A stretch of 41,594 nucleotides of DNA from an uncultured Campylobacter sp. (lineage in GTDB: Bacteria > Campylobacterota > Campylobacteria > Campylobacterales > Campylobacteraceae), in contig NZ_CALHII010000148.1 of the NCBI RefSeq assembly GCF_938030815.1, positions 1 to 41,594 of the forward strand, in the 5' to 3' direction. The first letter of the stretch is position 1. Every line of letters begins with the position of its first letter. Made by a program: the position numbers and the translations under genes. This document shows, piece after piece, positions 21,750 through 30,660 of the stretch. The notes beneath the pieces are model-generated. The model was not told the DNA's origin, searched no databases, and saw nothing but the letters and a program-made list of their open reading frames with translations.

Positions 21750-22679
21750 TCATGCGTAAAAATATCTAACTATATGAAAAAATATCGGCGCCGCAAAGCA
21801 CAGCGAGTCCATACGGTCAAGCATCCCGCCATGCCCGCTGATCATGTAGCCCCAGTCCTTGACGCCCAGATCGCGCTTGATCGCCGACATAACAAGCCCT
21901 CCTAAAAAGCCCATCATACAAACGGCAAGCCCGATGAAAAACGCCCCCGCCGCGCCAAAAGGCGTGAGATGATGCAGGCACGCAGCCAGCGCGCTAGCGC
22001 TAAGAACCCCTCCCGCAAAGCCGACCACCGTCTTAGACGGGCTGATGCTAGGCGCGATCTTGCGTTTGCCAAAAAGCTTGCCCCAGACGTACTGCAGCAC
22101 GTCGCTAGATTGCACGACTATGATCAAAAACAGCATCAGCTCCATGCTGTTACCGCGCTCAAGATCCAGCAAAAGAAGCGCCGGGATGTGCGAGATACAA
22201 AACACGCAGATCATCAGCGCCCACTGGATCTTCGTCGAGCGCTCTAAAAAATATGCCGCATCGCCGCAAATGGCCGCTAAAATCGGTAAAAACAAAAATC
22301 CGTAAACCGGGATAAATATCATCGCCATCGCGTACCAATCGGCATAAATAAAAATATACTGCACTGGCAAAATCACGTAAAAGCACGCCACGAGCGCGAT
22401 GTGATCGCCCCTGCGGATGTAGATGAGCGATAAAAACTCGCGCAATGCGGCAAAAGATACGAGCAAAAACAAAAATATCACGGCGTTCTTGCCCATATAC
22501 GTGAACGCGAAAATGACCAAAATCATCGCCCACCAGGCGTTTATACGCGAGGTCAAATTTGCGATGGTTTTGTTCTCGGCGCCAAATTTCGCCTTTAGGA
22601 TAAAGGCAACGACGCTAGAGACGACTAGCACCGCGATGAGTCCTAAAAATAGATTTAATATATGATTTTGCGGGTTCAT
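21750..22679 (-). CDS. Phosphatidate cytidylyltransferase (YnbB/CdsA paralog)
   Basis: Polytopic membrane protein; SDVLQYVWGK, SPSKT, SAIKRDLGVKDWG..I.GHGGMLDRMDS. Confidence 0.92.
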   Translation of the reverse strand: MNPQNHILNLFLGLIAVLVVSSVVAFILKAKFGAENKTIANLTSRINAWWAMILVIFAFTYMGKNAVIFLFLLVSFAALREFLSLIYIRRGDHIALVACFYVILPVQYIFIYADWYAMAMIFIPVYGFLFLPILAAICGDAAYFLERSTKIQWALMICVFCISHIPALLLLDLERGNSMELMLFLIIVVQSSDVLQYVWGKLFGKRKIAPSISPSKTVVGFAGGVLSASALAACLHHLTPFGAAGAFFIGLAVCMMGFLGGLVMSAIKRDLGVKDWGYMISGHGGMLDRMDSLCFAAPIFFHIVRYFYA

Positions 22680-23026
22680 TTTAGTGCCTTTTGGTTAAAT
22701 TTAAAGCTAAATTTGACGTCTGCTTCGAAGCTCTCCGAGCGAGTCAAATTTGCGAGCGTTTGGTTTGCCGCGCGGACGGCTTGATTGGTTAAATTTTTTG
22801 CGCGGTTTAAATTTGCGTTTGGGTCAAATTTGATTTGCGGCAAGGCTGGCGTTTTAGCCCGTGTTTCTCGTTCAAATTTGACGTTTTCAGCTACTGCTTT
22901 AAAAGGCTCTACGTCAAATTTGCCGCAAAAATCGGTCGCAAATTTTGCTTTTTCATTTGACGGATTTACGGGGCTTAAATTTACTGCTCTGGCCAAAGCC
23001 GTCGCGCTAGGCTTTAGTTCTATCAT
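22676..23026 (-). CDS. Low-complexity hypothetical ORF (AAATTT-rich); may be non-coding
   Basis: 116-codon ORF overlapping both neighbours (ATGA overlap with the cytidylyltransferase); no recognisable motif. Confidence 0.3.
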   Translation of the reverse strand: MIELKPSATALARAVNLSPVNPSNEKAKFATDFCGKFDVEPFKAVAENVKFERETRAKTPALPQIKFDPNANLNRAKNLTNQAVRAANQTLANLTRSESFEADVKFSFKFNQKALK

Positions 23027-23645
23027 TTTGCGTATCGCTCATCGCTAGCAGCGCGTCCTGCGCCTTTTGTAAAAACTCGCCCTTGCCTTCGCCTCCGTAC
23101 GATATCTCCTCACCTACGATCAGCTCGCAAAGCAGCGGAATAGGCACGAAAAAGCCCTTGGGCAGGACGTTTCGCGCATTTTTGATCCATACGGGCACGA
23201 ACGAGACGGCGGGACACTGCTTCGCCAGACGGAAAATCCCGCTTTTAAACGGCTGTAGCGCGAGATCGTCGTCCGTCTTGCGCGTGCCTTCGGGAAAGAT
23301 GATGAGAGAGTGGGTTTGCAGCGCCTCGCTCATTTGCGCCAGCGCCTCTAGCGGATCTTTATGACGGCTGATTAGAACCATGTTAAACACGTTTTTAGCA
23401 AGAAACCTACGCACAGGCCCGCTCTCCCAGTATTCCGCCGCCGCGACGGGGCGCACGCGCTTTCTCACGCGGTATGGTAGCGAGACGAAAATCAGCAAAA
23501 AATCGCCGTGGCTAGCGTGGTTTGCGTAGTAAATTTTAGTGCCGTCGCCGATGTTTAAAAGCTCCTGCGGCGGCCTTACGCCCGTGATAAATATCGTGAT
23601 GCGGCAAAGGATAAAATCAAGCGCGGCCGCTAAAAACTCTTTCAT
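23007..23645 (-). CDS. Lysophospholipid/1-acyl-glycerol-3-phosphate acyltransferase (PlsC-like)
   Basis: NHASHGD (HX4D), FPEGTR, PFKSG motifs; AAGGA RBS. Confidence 0.92.
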   Translation of the reverse strand: MKEFLAAALDFILCRITIFITGVRPPQELLNIGDGTKIYYANHASHGDFLLIFVSLPYRVRKRVRPVAAAEYWESGPVRRFLAKNVFNMVLISRHKDPLEALAQMSEALQTHSLIIFPEGTRKTDDDLALQPFKSGIFRLAKQCPAVSFVPVWIKNARNVLPKGFFVPIPLLCELIVGEEISYGGEGKGEFLQKAQDALLAMSDTQNDRTKA

Positions 23646-24033
23646 CCTGTATCCTTTTTACTCTTTTACTTTTCAAATTCACTTTTTGCGGCGCCCTCAA
23701 TTTTGCGGTTGCGTGCGGCAAATAAGCTTCTCGCCCACCTTGCCGAAAACGAGCGTTTAGACATAAATTTGAGGCGATTAAAGCCGATACGGTTTTAAAT
23801 AACGCCTGCAATTTGCCGCTTTTGCTACTTGCCTTTAATTTCACCGACTTTGATAAAACGCTCGAAATTAACCGAACACGTTTTGCGCGCCTAGCGTCTT
23901 TTAAAATGTCTAAATTAAGCGGACAAATTCGCCGTGATATTTTATTATCGCCTCAAAAAATCTCGTAAATTTAAACAAGATCAAATTTATAACGATTACG
24001 TGCCCGCGTCGAGGCGAGCTTAAAACTTTTGCA

Positions 24034-24042
24034 ATTATATCA
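24034..24042 (-). promoter_or_regulatory. Extended -10 promoter (TGaTATAAT) inside the lipid cluster
   Basis: Perfect TGnTATAAT about 390 nt upstream of the acyltransferase start. Confidence 0.5.
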
Positions 24043-24110
24043 AATTTAGGCGAATTTACCTTGCGTAGATTTTGGAGATAGCTATTAAATTTATCCTCGT
24101 CCGAGGCGCC

Positions 24111-24713
24111 TTATTCCCCGCTTTTTAGTCCCATCCTCACGCGGTTTGCGCAAGTAAGTGCGAGTAAAAATATCGCGGCGTAAAGCACCCAGCTAAACCA
24201 CTCTGGCAGTCGCCCAAATAGCGCATATATCGTACCGATAAGCCCAAATATAAACGCTCGGTCGCTCTTGCCCATAGGCCCGTCATACCGCCTGCCGCAA
24301 CCGTGCACCTGCCCTAGGACGCCTAAAAACTCACTCATAAAAGATAGAAAGATAACGAGCGCGGTAACGCCCCAGTCAAACGGCGCCACGAAGGCAAACG
24401 GCAGATACAGCGCGGCGTCCGAGATGACGTCCGTGGCTTCGTTTAGGTAGCCGCCCAGCGGGCTTTTTTGATTAAACTCGCGAGCCAGCATGCCGTCGAT
24501 GGCATTTAGCGCCATACGCAAAAACATCCAAACGGGCAGCAGAAAGAATAGCGTCGAAATTTCGGCGAATTTTATCAAAAGTCCGCCCAGCAGAACGGAG
24601 ATGACGCAGGCTGTGATCGTGACTTGATTTGCGCTGACGCCCGCGCCGTGAAGACGTCTTACTAACGGACGAAGTAAATTTTGAAATTTGGGCTTTAACT
24701 CGTAAATCGTCAT
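24111..24713 (-). CDS. CDP-alcohol phosphatidyltransferase (YnbA-like)
   Basis: IYELKPKFQNLLRP start; NAIDGMLAR...S.LG.YLNE..D..SD motif; RRYDGPMGKSDRA. Confidence 0.92.
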   Translation of the reverse strand: MTIYELKPKFQNLLRPLVRRLHGAGVSANQVTITACVISVLLGGLLIKFAEISTLFFLLPVWMFLRMALNAIDGMLAREFNQKSPLGGYLNEATDVISDAALYLPFAFVAPFDWGVTALVIFLSFMSEFLGVLGQVHGCGRRYDGPMGKSDRAFIFGLIGTIYALFGRLPEWFSWVLYAAIFLLALTCANRVRMGLKSGE

Positions 24714-25231
24714 GAGGACTCCGAAAATTTGATTTTCGTATTGTCGCTTAAAAATGCTTGGAGGTAGATTAAATGTGTGGCCGGCTTTTGTGTGAGCTTT
24801 TTAATCGTCGATTTTTAAAAGCATTAGGATGGCGAAATGAACGATGCAAATATGAGTAAATTATCTCTTCTATCATTGCCGCGATGGGTACTCAATTTTT
24901 TTGACGCGGGCTCGCGACGGTAAAAGAGTAGCGTTTACGCACGATTATAGGCAGCGTGGTAATCTCCTTATGGAAAGCGTACGGTGCAATCATCGCCATA
25001 TCAGTATCCATCTTTGCTCAATTCCTTTATGTGGGCTGCAAAAATTTATAAACCGCATGGGATTTCATCGCGATAGATTTCAAACTTCGCTCTCCGCCGC
25101 AAATATAACAGACCTTGTCGCGAAAATTCTAAATCATAGCGGCGCCGAGCCGGGAAGAGTACTTTTAAATTTTAAAATTTCGCGGTAGAGCAAGACTTCC
25201 GTATTTGCGGAGTTAAAGTCAAATTTAGAAT

Positions 25232-26272
25232 TTAATCTCGCCAGATATTTTCGTTTAATTTCAGAGTTTTTACGATGGATAGAAAGGATAAAAGCTCGTG
25301 CTTGATAGACGCCGCAGGACCTGCGCTAAGTACGCTGTGATCTACGCTAGGCTCGAAACTATCGTATTCCGTGCGGATGAAAATATAGACTTTTCTACCA
25401 GAAAAGCTTAATCTGATCGGTCCGCCGGCACCGCTTCTAAAGCGAAGCAAGCGCCGCATAAAGGCGGGTGTGAGGGCATACATTGCAGACACCGCATCGG
25501 CGCTATATACGCTAAATGTGGAGCTAAACTCGCTATCATCCATCACGATCTTCTTAAGTCCGCCAAGTGTTGGTCTCGCGCTGAGCGAAGGCAGGATCAC
25601 GGTCGTAGAGTTTATGCGCTTTTTAAATTCCGCGTATAAAAATATCCCCCTGCTGCTACGTCGTTCGTCAGTATGAGTCACGCAAATATCCGCAAAGCTG
25701 AAAAATACTCCGTCATAAACGCCGGAAATTTTATCTTCGCAATCAAAATAGCTTATGCCGTCCACAAATAGGCCGCTAGCGCGCAGATACGCCGGCCGAA
25801 ACGAGCCTGAAATTTCGTAGCGATAGCCTAGGCTCGCGATATAGGGCACGATATATCGGTGTTTAAAGGCGCGGACGAATTTTTTGGATCTGTTGTATTT
25901 GATCCGCTCCAGCGCGGCATCTGCGATATTAAACAAAGAAAGGCAGATGGTTACGAGTGCGATGACGAAGCGCAAAGTATCATTCTCGCACATTTCTACG
26001 CCTTTGGCAAGCATCCACAGCAAGGTGCAAAAGATAAATACGCGCACTATATTTGCATCTTTATTCACTACTCTAAAAGAGATGCTACCGCAGCTAAATA
26101 CCACTATGATCCAGCAGAGAACCATTGCTGCATTTTGATCTCTAAGATTGAAAAACAGCCACAGCGCCGAGGCTAGCACCGCTAGTGCTATTATCGAAAA
26201 CGCCGTGCCTTTGCGCTGCTCCGCCTCATCTAGGATGCCGAGCCTTAGTTTTTCCAGTTCGTTTGCGGTCAT
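25232..26272 (-). CDS. DUF3137-domain membrane protein
   Basis: N-terminal TM helices; EFSSTFSVYSAD...YALTPAFMRRLL...IRLSF...FEP resembles the DUF3137 C-terminus. Confidence 0.7.
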   Translation of the reverse strand: MTANELEKLRLGILDEAEQRKGTAFSIIALAVLASALWLFFNLRDQNAAMVLCWIIVVFSCGSISFRVVNKDANIVRVFIFCTLLWMLAKGVEMCENDTLRFVIALVTICLSLFNIADAALERIKYNRSKKFVRAFKHRYIVPYIASLGYRYEISGSFRPAYLRASGLFVDGISYFDCEDKISGVYDGVFFSFADICVTHTDERRSSRGIFLYAEFKKRINSTTVILPSLSARPTLGGLKKIVMDDSEFSSTFSVYSADAVSAMYALTPAFMRRLLRFRSGAGGPIRLSFSGRKVYIFIRTEYDSFEPSVDHSVLSAGPAASIKHELLSFLSIVKTLKLNENIWRD

Positions 26273-26400
26273 CTTTCTCTTTCTAAATTTATCGAAGCAA
26301 TTTTAAAATTTAGGTTTGAATCCGCTCCTAAATTTAAAGGGCTAAATTTTAAAATTTACAAAATTCCGCGGAATTTCGCTCTTTAAATTTAGCGCAAAAT

Positions 26401-26979
26401 TTAGCTACGGCATAAAATTTCTACGATCGCCTGCGGCAATAGCTCATGCTCGATCTCGTGGATTTTGGCCTCATAAGCTTCAAGACTCATTCCCGCGCTC
26501 TTTTCAAACGCGCGCTGAGCGATAATCGCGCCGCCGTCGAGCTCCTCGCTGACCCAGTGCACGCTCACGCCGCCCACTTTCATATCGCTCTCAAAGCTCT
26601 GCTCTATCGCGTGCGCGCCCTTAAAAAGCGGCAGTAGCGACGGGTGCAAATTTATTGCGCGAACCCTGCTCGTAAAAACGGGCGTTAGAATCCGCATAAA
26701 GCCCGCAAGCACCGTAAGCTCCGCGCCGCTTTTTTCGATCTCGCGCACGAGTGCGGCGTCGAATTCCTCGCGGCTAGCAAAATCTTTGTGATTTAGGATC
26801 ACGCTTTTAAGCCCGAATTTTGCGGCCTTTTCGATACCGCCTGCGTTAGCTTTGTTGCTTAGCGTTAGCACGACTTCGATCTTGGTGCCCCCAAAAGTTT
26901 TGCCGTGCAGCTTCTGCAGGATCGCCTCCAAATTTGAGCCGCTACCGCTAAAAAGCACGGCGAGCTTTTTCACAACCAT
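26401..26979 (-). CDS. purN: Phosphoribosylglycinamide formyltransferase
   Basis: SGSGSNL, LAGFMRIL, NLHPSLLP.FKG, ELDGG. Confidence 0.97.
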   Translation of the reverse strand: MVVKKLAVLFSGSGSNLEAILQKLHGKTFGGTKIEVVLTLSNKANAGGIEKAAKFGLKSVILNHKDFASREEFDAALVREIEKSGAELTVLAGFMRILTPVFTSRVRAINLHPSLLPLFKGAHAIEQSFESDMKVGGVSVHWVSEELDGGAIIAQRAFEKSAGMSLEAYEAKIHEIEHELLPQAIVEILCRS

Positions 26980-28631
26980 TTTACCTCCTCGATGAGATCG
27001 AGCGGATTTAGTGCGTAGGAGTTTTTGGCGAAGGCTCGCGCGGCGAGTGCGTGGGCTAGGACGCCGCAGATTGAGGCTTGCAGAGGCGAGTAATGTTGCG
27101 CGAGCAGCCCGCCGATGAGCCCTGCGAGTACGTCGCCGCTGCCGCCTTTTGCGAGCGCGGCGCTTCCCTTGTCGCAGACATAAATGACGCCAGCTTGCGC
27201 GATGAGAGTGTTTGCGCCCTTTAGCACGAGCACGCCGCTAAATTTTTCGCTCCACGCCCGCGCAAGCTCAAAGCGCCGCTCTTGCAGCTCGCTCACGCTA
27301 AGATCTGCGATGCCCGCGATCTTTAAAAGCGAGCAAAACTCCTTTGGATGGGGCGTTATGATTAAATTTGAATTGGCGTTTAGTAAGCTTAAAATTTCAC
27401 GCTCATAGCACAGATCGGCGTCGATGACGCAGCTTTTGTCCCGTAGTGCGGCAAGATCAATCTTCCGCTCTCCAAGGCCACAGCCGCAAACCACGACCCG
27501 CGCGGCATTGAATGAGCTTTTTTGCATCAAAATCGGGCTTAAGTTTAACGGCTCATCACTAACGACGCTAACGAGCCCGCTGCCGATCGCGTGAGCCGCT
27601 AGAGCCGCCATCTGCGCCGCTCCGCTCATCTGCCCGCTTACTACGTAGGTGTGCCCGAAGTCGCCCTTGTTGGTATTTTGCTTCGTGCGTAGCGGCAGCT
27701 TCAGATCGCTTTTTTGAAGCAGAAAATATTCGCTCCGCTCCTCAAAATTTGAGCGCGAAATTCCAAGATTTGCGACCTTGATCCGCCCTGCATAATCCTT
27801 CGCGCCGTCCGAAAACAGCGCGAGCTTCAGCGCTCCCATCGCGATCGTCAGATCCGCGCAAAATGCACCGCCTAAAATGCGCCCGCTCTTATCGATACCG
27901 CTTGGGATATCGACTGCGATTTTTAGGGATTTTGCGCTATTTGCGAGAGATAAAATTTCACAAATTTCAGCGCTTATCGGTTTATTTAAACCGCTGCCGA
28001 AAATTCCGTCGATTATGCAGTCTGCGCTTGTAATCTCATCGTGCAGGTCGCTCGGATTGCCGCATTCGTTGCCTGGCTTGCCGAAATCTCCGTCGTGCTC
28101 CACGGTTTCAAATTTAGCGCTCGTAAATTTTGTGTCCTCAAAATTTGCGCGTAATTTATCGCCGCCGTCCGAAGCGTCAGCGCCGCTTAGGTTTTCATGC
28201 TCGCTCTGCGGCTCGCTCGCGCCAGTGTCTTTTAAAGAGGAGCCGCCTACGCTTTCATGCGCGCAGGCATCCTTGTTAGACGCGCCCTTTACGTGCTCGC
28301 AAGCGTCTTTCGCGCTCGCGATGTCGATAAGCCTAACGCCCGCAGCCCGCGCCGCATCAGCTTGAAATTTACCTGCCGCGCTTCTGTTTTGAAGCACGCT
28401 AAGCGCCGTGCAGCTAAAATCGCCGCTTAGCTTTCGCAGCGCCGCCATCGCGTCCGCGCCGTTATTTCCGCCGCCGCAAAGCGCCAAAATGCGCGAACCC
28501 TTTTTGAGCCGCTTTCTGATCTCGCCCTCGATCCTGCAAGCGGCGTTTTCCATTAAAATTTGCTCACTCAGTCCAAATTTTGCGCTCGCTCGCGCATCGA
28601 GGTCCTCGGTGCTAAAGAAAATTTTTTTCAA
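26970..28631 (-). CDS. nnr: Bifunctional NAD(P)H-hydrate epimerase/dehydratase (Nnr) with about 90-aa insertion
   Basis: LMENA, GGGNNGAD, DGIFGSG, VDIPSG; KGDFG, TPHPKEF, LAKGGSGDVLAG. Confidence 0.92.
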   Translation of the reverse strand: MKKIFFSTEDLDARASAKFGLSEQILMENAACRIEGEIRKRLKKGSRILALCGGGNNGADAMAALRKLSGDFSCTALSVLQNRSAAGKFQADAARAAGVRLIDIASAKDACEHVKGASNKDACAHESVGGSSLKDTGASEPQSEHENLSGADASDGGDKLRANFEDTKFTSAKFETVEHDGDFGKPGNECGNPSDLHDEITSADCIIDGIFGSGLNKPISAEICEILSLANSAKSLKIAVDIPSGIDKSGRILGGAFCADLTIAMGALKLALFSDGAKDYAGRIKVANLGISRSNFEERSEYFLLQKSDLKLPLRTKQNTNKGDFGHTYVVSGQMSGAAQMAALAAHAIGSGLVSVVSDEPLNLSPILMQKSSFNAARVVVCGCGLGERKIDLAALRDKSCVIDADLCYEREILSLLNANSNLIITPHPKEFCSLLKIAGIADLSVSELQERRFELARAWSEKFSGVLVLKGANTLIAQAGVIYVCDKGSAALAKGGSGDVLAGLIGGLLAQHYSPLQASICGVLAHALAARAFAKNSYALNPLDLIEEVKWL

Positions 28632-30145
28632 ATTTCGCTCCTTATGCGAAAGCTAAGAGCCTCCAAAATATGCGCCTTGGCGATGATCTCAGCGCCTGCG
28701 AGATCGGCGATAGTGCGCGCGAGTTTTAGCGTTTTATTCACGCCGCGTTGCGAAAGATCGTAGCGGGTGATCGCGGTTTGCAAAACCTCTCGCGCCGCGC
28801 TTTCGCAGACGCAAAATTTTTCGGTCTCCTCGTCGCGTAGCTTTGCGTTTAGCTCGCTCTGTCCGCGAGCCTTTTGCGCGCGAAACGCCCGCAGCACCGC
28901 ATCTGCCATCTCCTCGCTGCAAACGTCGCTTCTATCGTCTGCGCCGGTCTCATCCATCGCGACGTATATGTCGATGCGATCTAGCAGCGGCGCAGAAATC
29001 GTGTTTTTGTAGCGCTTGATGTCATTTAGCGAGCAGGTGCAGGTGAGGTTTTTAGAGAATAGATTTCCGCACGGGCAGGGGTTTTGCGCCGCGACGAAGA
29101 TAAATTTCGTTTGGTATTCGACCTTGGAATTTACGCGCGAAATCAAAATTCTATTATCCTCCAGCGGCTCGCGCAGGCTTTCTAAAATTTGCTTGCCGAA
29201 GTGCGGCAGCTCGTCGAAAAATAGCTCGCCGCCGTTTGCGAGCGCGACCTCGCCGATCTTTGCGCCGCTACTGCCGCCGCCGAAAATAGAACTGCGCGTG
29301 CTGGTGTGGTGCGGCGAGCGGAAGGGGCGCAGCGCGCTAAAATCGACGTCTTTGTTATTTAGCGACTCGTAGGCACACGAGAGTAGCACTTCGCCCAGGC
29401 TCTGCGGCGGCAGAATTCTGGCTATCCGCTTGGCGCACATGCTTTTGCCGCAGCCGGGACTGCCCTCAAAGAGGATATTGTGCATGCCGCACGCAGCGAT
29501 CAGGCTCGCGCGCTTGGCGCGTTTTTGCCCTTTGACGTCTTTAAAATCAAGCGAAAAATCGCGGTTGGGGACGTAAATTTGCCCGTCAATTTCCACGACG
29601 TTTTTAAAAAGCGGATGGGTTTCTCGCATGAGCCTGCTTGCGGCGAATTCCTCGTCTAAAAAAAATCTGACCGCGTCGCTTAGGCTATCCACTGCATACA
29701 CGTCGTAGTTTGGGATCGTGCAGGCCTTTAGCGCAATACTTTGCGGTACCAAAATTTTAGCGCGTCTCACCTTCGTGCTTAAAAAAAGCAGAATCGAAAA
29801 GAGACTCGCCGTGCTCTTTAGGCTGCCGTCTAAACCGAGCTCGCCGAAGACGAAGAAATCGCCGTCGATGCGCTCTTTTTGCAGCGCGATTAGAAGCGCG
29901 ATCGCAAGATCGAAGTGCGAGCCGTTTTTGGGCGTATCGGAGGGGGAGAGATTTATGATGATTTTGGATGCGGGAAATTTAAAATTTAGGCTCACAAGCG
30001 CAGCTTTTACGCGGCTTTCGCTCTCTTTTATCGTAGCTCCCGCAAGGCCAACGATATTAAATCCCGGCAGTCCCCGCACGAATGTCGATTCAACCTCTAC
30101 GGGGATCAGAGCATCCGTGAAGGCAGCGCATTTTAGGGATTTCAT
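28628..30145 (-). CDS. comM: YifB/ComM family Mg-chelatase-like AAA+ ATPase
   Basis: GELGLDG, GSPGCGKS, RPFRSPHH, LREPLED, NPCPCG, ARTIADL. Confidence 0.9.
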   Translation of the reverse strand: MKSLKCAAFTDALIPVEVESTFVRGLPGFNIVGLAGATIKESESRVKAALVSLNFKFPASKIIINLSPSDTPKNGSHFDLAIALLIALQKERIDGDFFVFGELGLDGSLKSTASLFSILLFLSTKVRRAKILVPQSIALKACTIPNYDVYAVDSLSDAVRFFLDEEFAASRLMRETHPLFKNVVEIDGQIYVPNRDFSLDFKDVKGQKRAKRASLIAACGMHNILFEGSPGCGKSMCAKRIARILPPQSLGEVLLSCAYESLNNKDVDFSALRPFRSPHHTSTRSSIFGGGSSGAKIGEVALANGGELFFDELPHFGKQILESLREPLEDNRILISRVNSKVEYQTKFIFVAAQNPCPCGNLFSKNLTCTCSLNDIKRYKNTISAPLLDRIDIYVAMDETGADDRSDVCSEEMADAVLRAFRAQKARGQSELNAKLRDEETEKFCVCESAAREVLQTAITRYDLSQRGVNKTLKLARTIADLAGAEIIAKAHILEALSFRIRSEI

Positions 30146-30660
30146 TTCGATTTTTCTTTTAGGCTTTTTTTGAATTCTTTATCAAATTTTTTGCGTTTAT
30201 TGTATCCGATACGCTCGATGAAAAGATGCCCGTCAAGGTGATCCATCTCGTGCTGGATACAGACGGCTAGCAGCTCGCTAGCGTCCATTTCGTGGGTATT
30301 GCCGGCGCGGTCTTGAAACTGCACCGTAATAAACTCGGCGCGTGTGACGTCCTCATAAAAGCCGGGCACCGACAGGCAGCCCTCCTGGTAAACGACCTCG
30401 CCTTCCTTTTTTAAAATTTGCGGATTGATGATCTCGATAAGGTCCTTTTTGTCTTGGATTTTTTCCTCATTGGCTAAATTTATGATCAAAGCGCGCACGG
30501 GTCTGCCTACCTGGATGGCGGCAAGGCCTATGCCGTTTTTTGCGATCATCGTCTCATACATATCGTCTAAAAGCTCGCCCAGCGCCGCGTCGAATTTAAC
30601 GACCTCGGTCGATTTTTGATAAAGCTTTTTATTCGGATAGGTAAGGACGTCCAGGATCAT
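30142..30660 (-). CDS. def: Peptide deformylase
   Basis: GIGLAAIQ, EGCLS, QHEMDHL. Confidence 0.98.
   Translation of the reverse strand: MILDVLTYPNKKLYQKSTEVVKFDAALGELLDDMYETMIAKNGIGLAAIQVGRPVRALIINLANEEKIQDKKDLIEIINPQILKKEGEVVYQEGCLSVPGFYEDVTRAEFITVQFQDRAGNTHEMDASELLAVCIQHEMDHLDGHLFIERIGYNKRKKFDKEFKKSLKEKSK

Noticed and set aside
23617..23844. 75-aa ORF upstream of the acyltransferase
   Set aside because: No clear RBS, no hydrophobic or catalytic features; likely spacer
28047..28319. Nnr insertion as an intein
   Set aside because: No N-terminal Cys/Ser block or C-terminal His-Asn; too short and low-complexity
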